DNA of 64,000 nt, from contig CAVVLO010000001.1 in assembly GCA_963749155.1 (NCBI GenBank), positions 384,001 through 448,000 of the forward strand, in the 5' to 3' direction. The DNA comes from an uncultured Armatimonadia bacterium (lineage in GTDB: Bacteria; Armatimonadota; Zipacnadia; CAVVLO01). This document shows positions 21,752 through 32,702 of this stretch, piece by piece. The first letter of the stretch is position 1. Each line of letters starts with the position of its first letter. The notes under the pieces were generated by a model. It was given only the letters and a program-made list of their open reading frames with translations. It was not told the DNA's origin and did no database searches. The position numbers and the translations under genes are program-made.

Positions 21752-22033
21752 TCAGGTGATGAAACGTTCCAGTGCCTCGCGCAGCTCCAGAAGATGCGCT
21801 TCTACATCGCCGTCAGCTACTGAATCCAGCACGCAATGCTCCAGATGGTCCGACAGTAGTAGCTTGGCCGCTTTGTCCAAGGCTGACCGGATGGCTGAAA
21901 GCTGGATGAGTACTTCAGGGCATGACCTGCCCTCCTGTACCATCCGTTTCACTGCACCTACATGACCCTCGACACGGGCTAGTCTTGCGACAATCTGCTT
22001 TGTCTTGGTATGCGGATGAGTATGCTCTGCCAT
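21752..22033 (-). CDS. CsoR/RcnR-family metal-sensing repressor
   Basis: RLARVEGHV..V.RM....R.C.EVLIQ...HLEHC, with N-terminal His residues. Confidence 0.9.
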   Translation of the reverse strand: MAEHTHPHTKTKQIVARLARVEGHVGAVKRMVQEGRSCPEVLIQLSAIRSALDKAAKLLLSDHLEHCVLDSVADGDVEAHLLELREALERFIT

Positions 22034-22043
22034 AACAGCCTCC

Positions 22044-22097
22044 TATCCCCCCAGGGGGGATATATTGACCATACAGCAAGTGGACAAGGGTAGTCAA
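22044..22097 (-). promoter_or_regulatory. Promoter and CsoR/RcnR-type operator
   Basis: Perfect palindrome TATCCCCCC-A-GGGGGGATA (22044-22062) next to the RBS. On the minus strand: TTGACT (22097-22092), 18 bp spacer, TATGGT (22073-22068). Confidence 0.8.
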
Positions 22098-22180
22098 GGT
22101 AGTAAGCGACTGCGGGTGATCCGGCGAAGCCGCTAGTGGGGGATTACCGGCGGCAACTTGCTCCGCCTCGTGAGCTTGCC

Positions 22181-23503
22181 TTACTGTGCCCTTACCTGCA
22201 GCACCCAGTCGCCCTCGCCTGGTGTAATGAAGTCGCGCGCGCCGCCGGCGTGATCGAAGCGTTCCTTATCTGCCCAGCTTGCTGTGCGAGGGTTCCACCA
22301 GCGGGCCTCGTAGCGGCCGGGTTCAAGGCTTAGCCCCTTGTCGCCGCCCTTCGGGAAGTAAGCCACGTACTCGACGCCCGGCTGGGCCATACAGTAGCCA
22401 TCGCCAGTCGTCACGAGGCTGCGGTTCGGTGCCGCGTGGACGAAATCCCACTTCGAGGCGCGCAGCCACTTCTGCATCAACTCTACCTGCTCGACAGGCC
22501 TGGCCTCAGGGGTTGGATCCTCGATATGGTAGTTGCCGCCCGACATCAGGATGGTCCAGACCATCTGCCGCAGCACGTCCGGGTCGCCCAGCCCGTTGGC
22601 GAACTCGTCGACATTCATCGCCTTGCCGCGCTGCCAGTGGGGCTCCAGGTAGCGGTTGAGCTGGTCGGGATTCACTTCTTGACTTCGCCCACAGTGCCAG
22701 TTGATGATGTCCAGCTCCGGCACGTCATAGCACGCTTCGAGGTCGCTCTGTAGACTGCTGTAAGAGACCAGCCTCGGCCGGTCGGGGTAGTGCTCGGTCA
22801 GGTAGCTCTTGATAAACCGCGCCCAGTGGATGGCCCAGTCCGGGTGAGCCCAGGTGAGATGCTCGTTCTCAATCTCATACAAGATGCACTGATACTGACA
22901 GGTCTCGTCCAGGAACTTGCTGACCCATCGCTGCTGGTACCTTGCCAGCCTGGGACGGTTCTCCCACTGGTAGAAGTCTGGCGTACCCGAACTGCTTGCC
23001 GGCGGTGTCTCGATTCGGTTGATATTGTTGTCGCTGGCCCAGGGGTTGCCCTGCCAGCGGTTGGGGGCTGGCGGGTTCATACCGCAGCGGTCGAAGAGAT
23101 GCGGTTCTGCATAGGCCCCGAGCTCATCTGCCAGCGCGAGCGCCCCGCGCATCCGCTTCCAGTATTCGGGATTCCACCGGTTGAGGTCGAGTTTGTTGCC
23201 GCCCATTGGCGCGCCGGGGACGCTGCTGCGCTCCCACGGCCAGATGGCGCTCTCGCCCGCCCACGGCAGGAAATGCCAGATGCGCCAATACAGCACGTCG
23301 TGTTTGGCCTGCTCGCGCGCATCTGCCTGCCAGTCAAAATCGTGCGAGGTTGGCACCAGCCCACCGCAACTGGCGAATAGCACTGGCTTGCCCGTCTGCG
23401 TCTCAAGGAAGTAATGCGGGTTCTCAGGATGCAGCACCAGATAGCCGCAGGCCTGTCCGGTCAGTACGCCAAGTAGAATCCCAACTAGCCAAAAGCTTCT
23501 CAT
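22181..23503 (-). CDS. Secreted TIM-barrel glycoside hydrolase (DUF4038/apiosidase-like) with C-terminal beta domain
   Basis: Signal peptide, ENPHYF, YEIENE, and the C-terminal ARWWNPRT...DWVL domain. Confidence 0.65.
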   Translation of the reverse strand: MRSFWLVGILLGVLTGQACGYLVLHPENPHYFLETQTGKPVLFASCGGLVPTSHDFDWQADAREQAKHDVLYWRIWHFLPWAGESAIWPWERSSVPGAPMGGNKLDLNRWNPEYWKRMRGALALADELGAYAEPHLFDRCGMNPPAPNRWQGNPWASDNNINRIETPPASSSGTPDFYQWENRPRLARYQQRWVSKFLDETCQYQCILYEIENEHLTWAHPDWAIHWARFIKSYLTEHYPDRPRLVSYSSLQSDLEACYDVPELDIINWHCGRSQEVNPDQLNRYLEPHWQRGKAMNVDEFANGLGDPDVLRQMVWTILMSGGNYHIEDPTPEARPVEQVELMQKWLRASKWDFVHAAPNRSLVTTGDGYCMAQPGVEYVAYFPKGGDKGLSLEPGRYEARWWNPRTASWADKERFDHAGGARDFITPGEGDWVLQVRAQ

Positions 23504-23538
23504 CGCCCTCACTCCATCCGCTGCTCCACTCGGCTGGC

Positions 23539-23566
23539 GTGTTTCGGGAGTCTCTGCTCCCGAAAC
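23539..23566 (+). repeat. Family A REP
   Basis: GTGTTTCGGGAGTCTCTGCTCCCGAAAC. Confidence 0.85.
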
Positions 23567-23591
23567 CCAGCCGACACGCAGCGCCCGGTCT

Positions 23592-24647
23592 TCACTCCTC
23601 AATATTGTCCTTAACAACGCACCCAGTCGCCTCACCGAGCACCAGCGCCGCTTCTGTGTTGTTCAGGAGGAAATTGTCCTTGATCAGCCAGCCGTGGCAC
23701 CCGCGCGCCAGCACCAGGCTGGACTTGTGTTTGTAGTCTTTTGCGTTCCAGCTAAAGACCTGGTTGCTGGAGAAGAGCGTCTGTTTCGCATCGAAAGCCT
23801 CGACGGCTGGCCACTTGCCTGACTCGCCCATCGAGTTGGTGTGGAAGGTGTTGCCGAGGAAGATATTGAGCCAGTTGTCCCAGCCCCCCTCGGGGTCGCC
23901 GATGATGACGCCTTGCTCATAGCTCATCTCGAACCGGTTGTTCTCGACGCGATTGTAGTTGGAGCCTGGCCCCAGCCTGAAGGCCACCCGGTTGCTCCAG
24001 TGGTAGTTCATCGAATAGGTGCCGGCCGAGGAATATTCGAGTCGCGCCCCGGTCTGCGGCGCGTTTTCGCCCTCTCGACTGTGCGCTCCGAACTGGTTGC
24101 CGACGATGTAGAAGTCATTGTTGCGACTGCTGTAGAGCTGGTCCTGCCCGTTGTCTATGAAGTGGCAGTTGCTGACTGTGTTGGACGACTGAGAACCCTT
24201 ATCAGCGGTTCCCTCGAACCTTAGGCCGCTCTCCGCGAAACTTGTTAGCCTGCAGAAGTCCACCACATTCGAGCCACAGGCGCCTTCGAAGACAATTCCC
24301 GCCCCTTCAGTGGCCGTTGGATCGCCGTGGATCATCATATTCCGCACGGCCGAGAAGCTGCAGTCCACGAACCTGATGGCATCGCCCGGGCCTTGACGCC
24401 GCAGCACCGTGCCCCAGCCGAGGCCTGAGACAGTGATGGAATGGGCCCCTCGAAACAGCAGCGTCCCCTCAAGCAAATAGGTGCCGGGGTGGATTATAAT
24501 CGTCCCGCCATCTTTCGGCATCGCCGCCGCCGCCGCCACCAGCTCCTCGGCGGTATTTACCTCGAAATATCGCACTGGCGCCTGCGCAAGAGCCAGATTC
24601 ATTACAGCCATCAGCCCTGCCAGTGCCACTAGCCAAACAAGCCTCAT
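23592..24647 (-). CDS. Secreted right-handed beta-helix protein
   Basis: Signal peptide, GGTIIIHPGTY and Asn-rich parallel beta-helix repeats. Confidence 0.75.
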   Translation of the reverse strand: MRLVWLVALAGLMAVMNLALAQAPVRYFEVNTAEELVAAAAAMPKDGGTIIIHPGTYLLEGTLLFRGAHSITVSGLGWGTVLRRQGPGDAIRFVDCSFSAVRNMMIHGDPTATEGAGIVFEGACGSNVVDFCRLTSFAESGLRFEGTADKGSQSSNTVSNCHFIDNGQDQLYSSRNNDFYIVGNQFGAHSREGENAPQTGARLEYSSAGTYSMNYHWSNRVAFRLGPGSNYNRVENNRFEMSYEQGVIIGDPEGGWDNWLNIFLGNTFHTNSMGESGKWPAVEAFDAKQTLFSSNQVFSWNAKDYKHKSSLVLARGCHGWLIKDNFLLNNTEAALVLGEATGCVVKDNIEE

Positions 24648-24652
24648 AGCTT

Positions 24653-26503
24653 CTACTCCTTGATTGTAACAGTCAGTTCTGCTCCGGGCGCCAGGTCGAA
24701 CCCCAACACCAGGTGGTACTCTCCGGCGGTGTTCCAGGCCAGGGTTGTCTCCTTCGCGTTTGTCTCCAGCCTGGCCGGGTCGGGATGGCGGGTGAATTCT
24801 TCGGGCAGGCCCCACAAGGCGATTGCATAATCCATCTGACTCGCTTCAGTATCCATCCTCAGCTTCAAGGTCAGCCCGGCCTCGGTCTGCTGCCAGCGTG
24901 TACGCTCGACGCGCACCTGGGGCGTTGGGTGGAACTTGATTAGGCTGCCCTCGGGCGTGAGTTCGCTTTCCTGGCGTGTATAGTCGAACCACCAGATAGG
25001 AGTTGGACACTCTCGCTCGAACCTCAGTTGCCGTTTCTGGTCCTCTATCAGCAGGTATTCGGTCGACCGGGGATCTTTGTAGACATAAGTAAGCAGGTCC
25101 CGGAAGGCCTCAAGCGTCTGCGCGCGCGTCTCCCACGGGATGCGCTCACTCGTGACCAGCACCCGGTCGCCCGCGTAACCTGCAAGCCACCAGTGGTCAT
25201 AGTCGAGATGGTCAGTCCGACTGACAAATACTGTCCTCGGAGTCGCCTCATAATGGTTGCGATAGTAATCAGCCACATCCAGTGAACGCGCATAGACCAG
25301 CTTGAACTCCGATGGATAAGTGAAGGCCATCCGCCCGATATAGCGTTCGAGGTAACTCACCATCCCCGGCAGGTCCCAGGCCTCGCCCATGAAGTGGCTT
25401 GGGGGATAGTCTATCGGCTCGCCCTGCGCCCCGCCGAACAGGGGCATCAGACACCGCCGGATGACCGCTCATCCTGGCCAGATTCTCGCCTTCTCGAAGC
25501 GCCTGCCTGAGGCACTTGTCAGTCTCCTCGAAGTTGCCCTCGGCCACCTGGTAATGCCAGGGCGGCGGCCCAAGGAAATGCCAGCCCCCGCAGAAGTCCC
25601 ATTGGTGCGCGATCAGCTCTCCGCTGGTCGCCTGGTTCGGCTTGCGCTCGTCCAGTGGCGAGGCGAAGTAAGGGAACTCCGGCATCCCCAGCCACGGCCC
25701 ACCGTTTGACTCCCACATCCCGCCCTGGTCGTTAACTCCAAGCTGTATCAGCGCCTTGGCATAACCCGGCTCAAGCGGATGAAACTGCGGCACCTGCACT
25801 GCGCGCGCATCGCCCGGGTCAGGCAGCACTCCTCGCGCCCGGTCGAGGTCCGCGCCCCACTGGGCCAGGCGCTCTTCCGTGGAAAGGTCCGGCGTGTCCT
25901 GGAGCAGCGGCACGACACCATCGCCGAAGCGCCGTTGATAATCTGATATCAATACGCACTCCGGGTCATCTGCCGAAAAGCGATTTGCTTCGAGTCGGTA
26001 TTCGATTGCGATACCTGTCGCGTGGTAGTTGGGCCGCCAGTCCCCGCCCGTCGTGTAGCGCACCACTACGTATTCGTCTGTGACCACTGCGAAATAACGA
26101 TAAAGCTTCTCCCCGCCCACGGTCCACCGAGCCAGGTAGTTGCCAGGCTCTTTCGGGGTATAGGTGATACTCGCTCTGCCACCTTCGAACTCCAGCGGCA
26201 CGCCCGGTGAGGGAGACGCCTCCAGCCAGTCGAGGTTGCCGTCATCTTTGAAGCCTTCGGCGCGACCGCTGGATTGTTCGAGATACCTGGGAAAGACCAC
26301 CAACTCGCCAGGCGCCATTCCTTCGGGCAGATAGAAGCGGAAGTCGATACTTTCTCCCAGCTTGATGAGCCTCGGTCCAGTGAGCCATTGCGATTTGAGC
26401 CAGTTGCCCCGCCGGTGGCTCAACCTGCGCTAGCCCTGCGACCTGTGAGCCAGCTTGCCATCATCATCACCAATCCTGTCCAAAGGAGGTATGGCTTTCT
26501 CAT
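24653..26503 (-). CDS. Secreted hypothetical protein, paralog of 47553..50038; two frameshifts
   Basis: Start MRKPYLLW after GGAGG. Shares GPRL.KLGES.DF, PWLGMPEFPYF, HQWDFCGGWHFLGP and RFERECP.PIW.FDY with the paralog. Confidence 0.7.
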
Positions 26504-26603
26504 AATGCCTCCTGCAACCTGCCTCTCGGCCCTTCCTTTGCTTTACCCGCAGGGCTCCAGGCTCCTAGGCCGAATTCTCCCTCCACCGAAGGAGGCCTGC
26601 CGG

Positions 26604-28068
26604 ATGCTTCAGCGATTAAGTCTGGGTGTTCTATTACTGGTGTTGCTTGCCCGGGCTAGCCTGTGCCGTGCCAGGCCAGCCCCAGGTCGCTACTTATCTC
26701 TTCTACTGGTACAACTCCGACCGGGGTATCGGCTTCCAGAATGCCCAGGGCAAGCACTTGCTGACCCATCATCCCTGGAATCCTGTCGGTTATTCCTGGG
26801 ACAATCCCGACTGGTATTATCGCGAACTAAAAGATATGGCAAGCGCAGGTATTGATATTGTCTTGCCAGTCTACTGGGGCTACCCCGGTGGAGAAGAGAC
26901 CTGGTCCTTCGTTGGCCTTGCGCCTCTCGTCGAGGCTGAGCGCCGCCTGCTGGCCGAGGGTGTGAAAGCGCCGAAAATCGGGCTCTTCGAGAGCGGCGCC
27001 GGTCTGGTTCATAACCAGAGCAACTATCAGGCCGACTTTACCACCGAAGAGGGCAGAGAGTGGCTCTATCAGACTGTCAAGCTGTTTTTTGAGCGCATAC
27101 CGCGCGACTTGTGGGCCACTGTAGAAGGCCGCCCGCTGGTCGTGAACTACACCAACGAGCACCGCATCTCTCACGATGACACCTGGCCTGGCTACCTGCG
27201 CGCCCGCTTCGAGCAGGAGTTTGGCGTCCAGCCTTATCTGGTGAAAGACGCAAGCTGGTCAGGGCCTGCCGACAGTGCTTATTGTTGGGGCTCGGCGCTG
27301 TATGGCCCCTCCGATTTTGGCGTTGCAACGCTCGGGCCAGGGTTCGATTCCTCCGCGGTAAATGGCCCGGACGCTCCCAAACGCGACAGGGAGGAGGGCG
27401 CTTTCTATCGTCGCTCCTGGGAGTGGCTTCTTGCGCGTCCCTTCGAGTCGCGCTCGAAACTGGTGCTGCTCGAGACCTGGAACGAACTTTTCGAGGGCAC
27501 CGATCTTTGCCACAGTCATGAATATGGTCGCGATTATATCCGCCTGACCCGCCGCTACGCCGAGGCCTTCCACCGAGGCGAGGTCTGGCCTTCGGCCTGG
27601 CTGCCCCTTGAGGCCAGCCTCTCTCTTGGCGAGACGAACACCAGCGCCGGCCTCACCCAGACTGACGTGCCCGATGGCGTAACCGAGCCTGTCGTTGTGG
27701 AGGGCGTTAGCGCTCGCCGCACCCTGGCTACTGATTATGAAGGTCGCTATATGCTGTTTGCGGTGGATGATTTCCTACCCCGAGGGAAGGGAGTTGTAGT
27801 GGAAGTCCAGGTGACCTGCCTGGACGATACCCCAGGCGAGTTGCTGCTCGAATACGACTCTCTAGATACCAGCCTGCCCTACACTGGTCGCTTCAAAAGC
27901 GCCGGCCTCGTCAAGCGAAAGGGCAAGGGAGGCTGGATGACTGCCACTTTCAAGCTCGTAGAACCTGCCTTCGCCAATCGCCTGCACGGGCAGGATATCC
28001 GCCTGGTGGATATCTCCAAAAACCTGACTGTGAAAGCAGTCCAGCTCAAAGTGTTGCGCTGGCGGTAA
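26604..28068 (+). CDS. DUF5010 / GH99-like glycoside hydrolase; frameshifted near 26660
   Basis: YLFYWY, AGIDIVLPVYWG, LGPGFD and ETWNELFEGT. Confidence 0.7.
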
Positions 28069-28111
28069 GTGAGTATAATTAAGTTAGCAGTATGCTCCAC
28101 TGGAGGCGCCT

Positions 28112-29368
28112 ATGGCTGGTTCCGGTGATGCCCGTTTTGCCCGTTCGCTACTCAAAACACTGCCTGAGTGGGAGGCCGAAGGCCTCGTCAGTCCCGAGCA
28201 GGCAACCGCTTTGCGCGAGCGATACCAGGTAGACGAGACGACGCATGCCAGGCTCTCTACTGGCACTCGTCTGGCCTGGTTACTCGGCTCCCTGGGCGCA
28301 ATCCTGATCGGCACCGGTGTCGTGATGGTGTTTGCGCGCAACTGGTGGGAGATCCCAATGGCCTTGCGCCTTGGCCTGATACTCCTGCTGATTGGGGGCA
28401 CCTATGCCCTGGGCGACCAGCTTGCCTTGCGTCGCAAGACGAGTCCCGTGATCGGCGCGACACTGCTCTTCCTCGCCACACTCTTCTTTGGCGCTGGCGT
28501 TTTTCTGGTTGGCCAGATGTACCATGTACAGGTGGAATGGGCCCACGGCCTGTTGGTATGGGGACTGGCGGTGCTGCCGCTTGCGTATCTCCTGAGGTCA
28601 GCGCCCATCCTGGCTGAAGCGGTTCTCGCTCTGTCTCTGTGGGTATTCTTCGTGTCAGTCCAGGTAGCCGAAGGAAGGGGCGATGGACAGAATGCCGTCT
28701 TCGGAATTGTATTACTGCTCGGACTTGCGCTCTACGGCCTGGGTCAGGCTCACCAGGCTCGCTGGCCAGAGAAGCGCCTATACCTCCCCCTACTGGTTAT
28801 GGGCACTCCGCTCATAATGCTCTCCCTTTACTTCCTGACTTTCAATCTCAGAGACGACGAATATTCGACTGCAGCCGGCTCCTGGCCTCTTCCCCTGCTG
28901 CCGGTCGTGCTAGGTTTTATCGCACTGGGAACGCTGTTGCTTGACCTCTTCCGTAATTCGGACTCGGTGCCAACTGCCCCTTACACCATCGGCCTGGATG
29001 CCTTGCTCATTGCACTAGGCGCGCTTGGATTCAGCCTGGCTTTCGGTTTCGCTCCCCACTCTAGTCTTGGCGCGCAGGGGCTCTACAACCTGCTTTTCCT
29101 CGTCGCTTCACTGCTCTTTATCGCCGCGGGTACGGAACGCCGCCAGCTTGGTCTGGTGAATTTCGGCCTGGGCGCTTTTGGTCTGTTAGTCATCACACGC
29201 TATTTCGACTGGTTCTGGGGACTGGTGCCGGGCGCGCTTGCCTTCATCGTTGGGGGACTAGTGCTGCTGGGATTGGCTTTTGGCCTCGAGCGGGCTCGCC
29301 GACGCCTTTTACACAGGATGCATCTGAAGCATAAGGCTGCCCCCCTTACAGGAAGTGAGCCCCAATGA
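28112..29368 (+). CDS. DUF2157-family membrane protein
   Basis: W.AEGLVS.EQA, FARNW..IP and LVGQMYH; multiple transmembrane segments. Confidence 0.8.
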   Translation: MAGSGDARFARSLLKTLPEWEAEGLVSPEQATALRERYQVDETTHARLSTGTRLAWLLGSLGAILIGTGVVMVFARNWWEIPMALRLGLILLLIGGTYALGDQLALRRKTSPVIGATLLFLATLFFGAGVFLVGQMYHVQVEWAHGLLVWGLAVLPLAYLLRSAPILAEAVLALSLWVFFVSVQVAEGRGDGQNAVFGIVLLLGLALYGLGQAHQARWPEKRLYLPLLVMGTPLIMLSLYFLTFNLRDDEYSTAAGSWPLPLLPVVLGFIALGTLLLDLFRNSDSVPTAPYTIGLDALLIALGALGFSLAFGFAPHSSLGAQGLYNLLFLVASLLFIAAGTERRQLGLVNFGLGAFGLLVITRYFDWFWGLVPGALAFIVGGLVLLGLAFGLERARRRLLHRMHLKHKAAPLTGSEPQ

Positions 29369-29910
29369 GAGCGCGCCTCTGGCTCCTTGTCGGCCTCCAG
29401 GTGCTGGTGCTGCTGGCGATGGCCGGTTATTACCAGTACATAATCAGCTTTGGCACTGTAGTGCGTCTGCAGGCGGACCCTTATGACCCGCTCAGTCTGT
29501 TTCAGGGCCGCTATGTCTACCTGGCCTACAACATTACAGAACTGGACGAAGAAGCGCTGCACGCGCCCAGGCTTACGCCTTCCGACCCACGCGCAGCCAG
29601 TTTCTGGGTAACCCTTGAGCGGGCCGATCCTTACTGGAAAGCCATCGCCCTCGACCTGCGGCGCCCTGTGGGTCTTCCCGAGAACCAGGTAGCCTTGAAA
29701 GGCAGCGCCATCTGGGGACAGGAGAAAGGTAAAGTAAGGTTGAAATACGGTATCGAGAGCTTTTTCGCACCTGAGGAACTCGCCCCCGAGCTTGAAGCTC
29801 GCGGTCGCAAGGACAGTTTCGAGGTGGATGTCGCAATAGGCCCAGGCGGACGCGCCCTCATCAAACAGGTCTTCCTTAAGGGCAAACCCGTGGACCTTAT
29901 ACCCAGATAA
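29365..29910 (+). CDS. GDYXXLXY-family protein
   Basis: PYDPLSLFQGRYVYLAY and YGIESFF.PE; ATGA overlap with the DUF2157 gene (a known pairing). Confidence 0.85.
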   Translation: MRARLWLLVGLQVLVLLAMAGYYQYIISFGTVVRLQADPYDPLSLFQGRYVYLAYNITELDEEALHAPRLTPSDPRAASFWVTLERADPYWKAIALDLRRPVGLPENQVALKGSAIWGQEKGKVRLKYGIESFFAPEELAPELEARGRKDSFEVDVAIGPGGRALIKQVFLKGKPVDLIPR

Positions 29911-29984
29911 TTATAAATGTACTTTTTTCTTTCCAGAGGGTAAGCTTCGGCTTGCCCTCTTCTTTTGGAGGAGTATCACTACCG

Positions 29985-32639
29985 ATGGCCAACCAAAACC
30001 GATTCTTGCTCTCGCTCCTGCTCGTTGTTTTGCTGCCTTGCTTTGCTTATCCCGCCTCTGGAGACGATGGTGCTTTGTCTGCTTACAAGGGTCGCTATTT
30101 CGCTGGCGCTGGCGATACCCAGTATCTGGAACTCCTCGATATGTGCGCGCGCGTATTCTGGCCCGACCCCGAATATCAGAACCTCTCGATGCTCTACTCC
30201 CCCACCTGGAACGGCTTTGTAGAGGGCCCAACCTGGGGCGCCTGGTGGATCCAGAATAGCTACGGGCCGACTTATTGCGAATTGCCTTTCCTCACCGAGC
30301 CGTATACCACTTTCCTCCAGAACGCGCAGGACCTCTGGTTCGACCAGATGGGCGATGGCCTTCGTAAGGGCGCCTTCGACTGGGTCGCCCCCGACGGGTG
30401 CCTTTGCGATGCCGCCGCACCCGGCTGGATTGTCTACAGGCAAGGCGATGGCCGCACTGATATCCACGATTGGGCCGTCGAATTCACCGCCGCCGGTATC
30501 GTGATGCAGGCGGAGTTGCTGTTAATCAGCCGGGATGTTGAGGCTATCAACCACTATCTGCCGCTGCTGCGCCGGTCGGCCGACTTCCTCGAGTCGCGCC
30601 GAGATTCGACTAATAACCTCTTCCTCGCTGGCCCAGCCGGCAACCTGCTCGCGCCTAGCTATGCCGGCTACCACAAGCCTGATGATACCTATGGGATGGC
30701 TTATCTCGCCGGCCTCTCCATCACCACAATCGCCGCTCTCGACCGCCTGATAGAACTGGAGAAGCTCGCCGGCGATCCCGACCATGTCGCCACCTGTGAG
30801 CGCAGGCGCAACCTCGCTCGCCAGGGTCTGTCCGAGCTGGAGACGGACGAGGGCTATTTCATAAAGTCGCTCGATCCTGATGGCACGCGCCACGGGGTGT
30901 ATGGCGCCGAGAAGTATGGCTATTTCGAGGCCGTCTGCAACCATGACGCCATCGCCTTCCGTGTGGTGGATGACGCTCAGTCGCGCCGCATCTACGACAA
31001 GATTGCCTCGATCCCCGGCCTGCGTCCGGTCGACCTCATCATCACCAACTACCCCTCGCTGGACGATATGTATATGCCTGCAGAGGGCCTGTGGGGCTTC
31101 GGCACCTGGGTAAATGGCGGTCACTGGACGACCTGCGAGGCCCGGATGATGCTTGCCTACTTCCGCCTGGGCCAGTACGCGGACGCTCAGGCCTCGATGG
31201 AATACATCCGCACCCTTTACGAGACCTTCCGCACCGACAATCCGCTGGTCGAGTTTGGCGCCAAGCCCTATCAGCCCAGCCTGCCCATCAACTGTGTCTA
31301 TGACACCTGGGGCGCCCCTGCGGGGATGCTTCGCGGCCTTTTCGAGTATCTCTACTCCGCCGAAGGACTCACTCTGGTGCCGCATATCCCGACCGGAATA
31401 ACGCAGCTAGAGCAGCGTTTCCCCGTCCGGCTTGGGGACAAGCGCCTGTTTCTCTCCACTCGCGGGCAAGGCGAGATAACCGGCGTCCAGGTCAACGGCG
31501 CCCCGTGGAAGGACTTCGATGCTACCTCGGTGCGCCTTCCGGCTGATTCCCTACCCGCAAAAGCCCAGGTGGTAATACTGCTCGGGGGCGCTGAGGCTGG
31601 ACTTGCCAAGGCAGTCCTGCCAGGCTCCGAACCTGTCCTCGTGCCTGCGCCTGAAGATGACTTCTGGGACCTCACAGGCTACCTGCCTTTCGCCTCCGGC
31701 AACCTGCTGCCTCTGCGTCTGGGCGCGGATTCGAGCGGAGCCTGCCGCCTGCAAGGCTTGATGAAGCGCGCGCTTGTCTACGAGCGCGAACTGACGCCCG
31801 AGGAAGTCGCCACCCTCGCCGATCCAGCCTCTGAAGTGCCTGCAGACGGTTTGTTGCTTCACTTCGACCTGGGCGATTATGCCGATGGCGCCGTGCCTAA
31901 CCGGGCCTCAGCGGCTTTCTTCGCCGAAGTGCGCGGCGAGGTTGAACTGGTTGATACCCCCTTCGGCAAGGCCTTGCGTCTTGGTCAGGCAGGTTATCTC
32001 GAGGTGCCCTTCGACCCCCGTCTCAACCTGGCTGGCCCCTATACCCTAGAAGCCTGGGTCTGCCCGGAGCAGTTTGCCGAGGGCGGCAGCCGCCTCATCG
32101 ACAAGGTCACCGCTGGCGTTGATGACGCTTATCTCTTCGACACCTACCCGAGCGCCAGCCTGCGTCTGATAACCGAGCGCGGCCATCTGCACTTCGAGGC
32201 AGGCCTGCAACTGAATACCTGGGTTCACCTGGCGGCGACTTACAATCCCGAAGGAGAATTGCGTCTCTATGTTAACGGCCAGCTTGTCGCTTCAAGCCCC
32301 GCTGCTCACGTTAACCTGACCACTCCGGTCCCCTGGCCCAAGGTCGGCGCCTTCTACCAACGTCTAGTAGGAGAAGGGCTTTCCGATACCTACGAGGCAG
32401 CTCACGCCCGGTTGCTACTGGACTATGTGGAAGCTATGCATCAAAGAGAGAGCCTGCGCGAGGCTGGCATTCTTGCGCCTCTGCCGCCAGAATCGCAGCT
32501 TGCCGCCGACAAGAGCTATGTGGATGCCGCCAACCGGCTTGTCCAGGGCCTGGCCCAGCATATGCAGGCGCTCGAAAGCTCCAAAAATCCGAGAGAAGCG
32601 CAGCTTGCTGCCTTCTGGCGCGAAGCCCTGGCGGACTAG
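29985..32639 (+). CDS. Secreted (alpha/alpha)6-barrel glycoside hydrolase-like protein with LamG domain
   Basis: Signal peptide; six-hairpin-like region (WVNGGHW); LamG motif YTLEAWV...WVHLAATY....LRLYVNG. Confidence 0.65.
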   Translation: MANQNRFLLSLLLVVLLPCFAYPASGDDGALSAYKGRYFAGAGDTQYLELLDMCARVFWPDPEYQNLSMLYSPTWNGFVEGPTWGAWWIQNSYGPTYCELPFLTEPYTTFLQNAQDLWFDQMGDGLRKGAFDWVAPDGCLCDAAAPGWIVYRQGDGRTDIHDWAVEFTAAGIVMQAELLLISRDVEAINHYLPLLRRSADFLESRRDSTNNLFLAGPAGNLLAPSYAGYHKPDDTYGMAYLAGLSITTIAALDRLIELEKLAGDPDHVATCERRRNLARQGLSELETDEGYFIKSLDPDGTRHGVYGAEKYGYFEAVCNHDAIAFRVVDDAQSRRIYDKIASIPGLRPVDLIITNYPSLDDMYMPAEGLWGFGTWVNGGHWTTCEARMMLAYFRLGQYADAQASMEYIRTLYETFRTDNPLVEFGAKPYQPSLPINCVYDTWGAPAGMLRGLFEYLYSAEGLTLVPHIPTGITQLEQRFPVRLGDKRLFLSTRGQGEITGVQVNGAPWKDFDATSVRLPADSLPAKAQVVILLGGAEAGLAKAVLPGSEPVLVPAPEDDFWDLTGYLPFASGNLLPLRLGADSSGACRLQGLMKRALVYERELTPEEVATLADPASEVPADGLLLHFDLGDYADGAVPNRASAAFFAEVRGEVELVDTPFGKALRLGQAGYLEVPFDPRLNLAGPYTLEAWVCPEQFAEGGSRLIDKVTAGVDDAYLFDTYPSASLRLITERGHLHFEAGLQLNTWVHLAATYNPEGELRLYVNGQLVASSPAAHVNLTTPVPWPKVGAFYQRLVGEGLSDTYEAAHARLLLDYVEAMHQRESLREAGILAPLPPESQLAADKSYVDAANRLVQGLAQHMQALESSKNPREAQLAAFWREALAD

Positions 32640-32660
32640 CTGCTTCTTCGGAAGCCTTTC

Positions 32661-32702
32661 CGCGAAGCGGCTAGTGGGGGGTGCGGGGGTACTACCCCCG
32701 CA
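32661..32702 (+). repeat. Family C hairpin
   Basis: CGCGAAGCGGCTAGTGGGGGGTGCGGGGGTACTACCCCCGCA. Confidence 0.75.
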
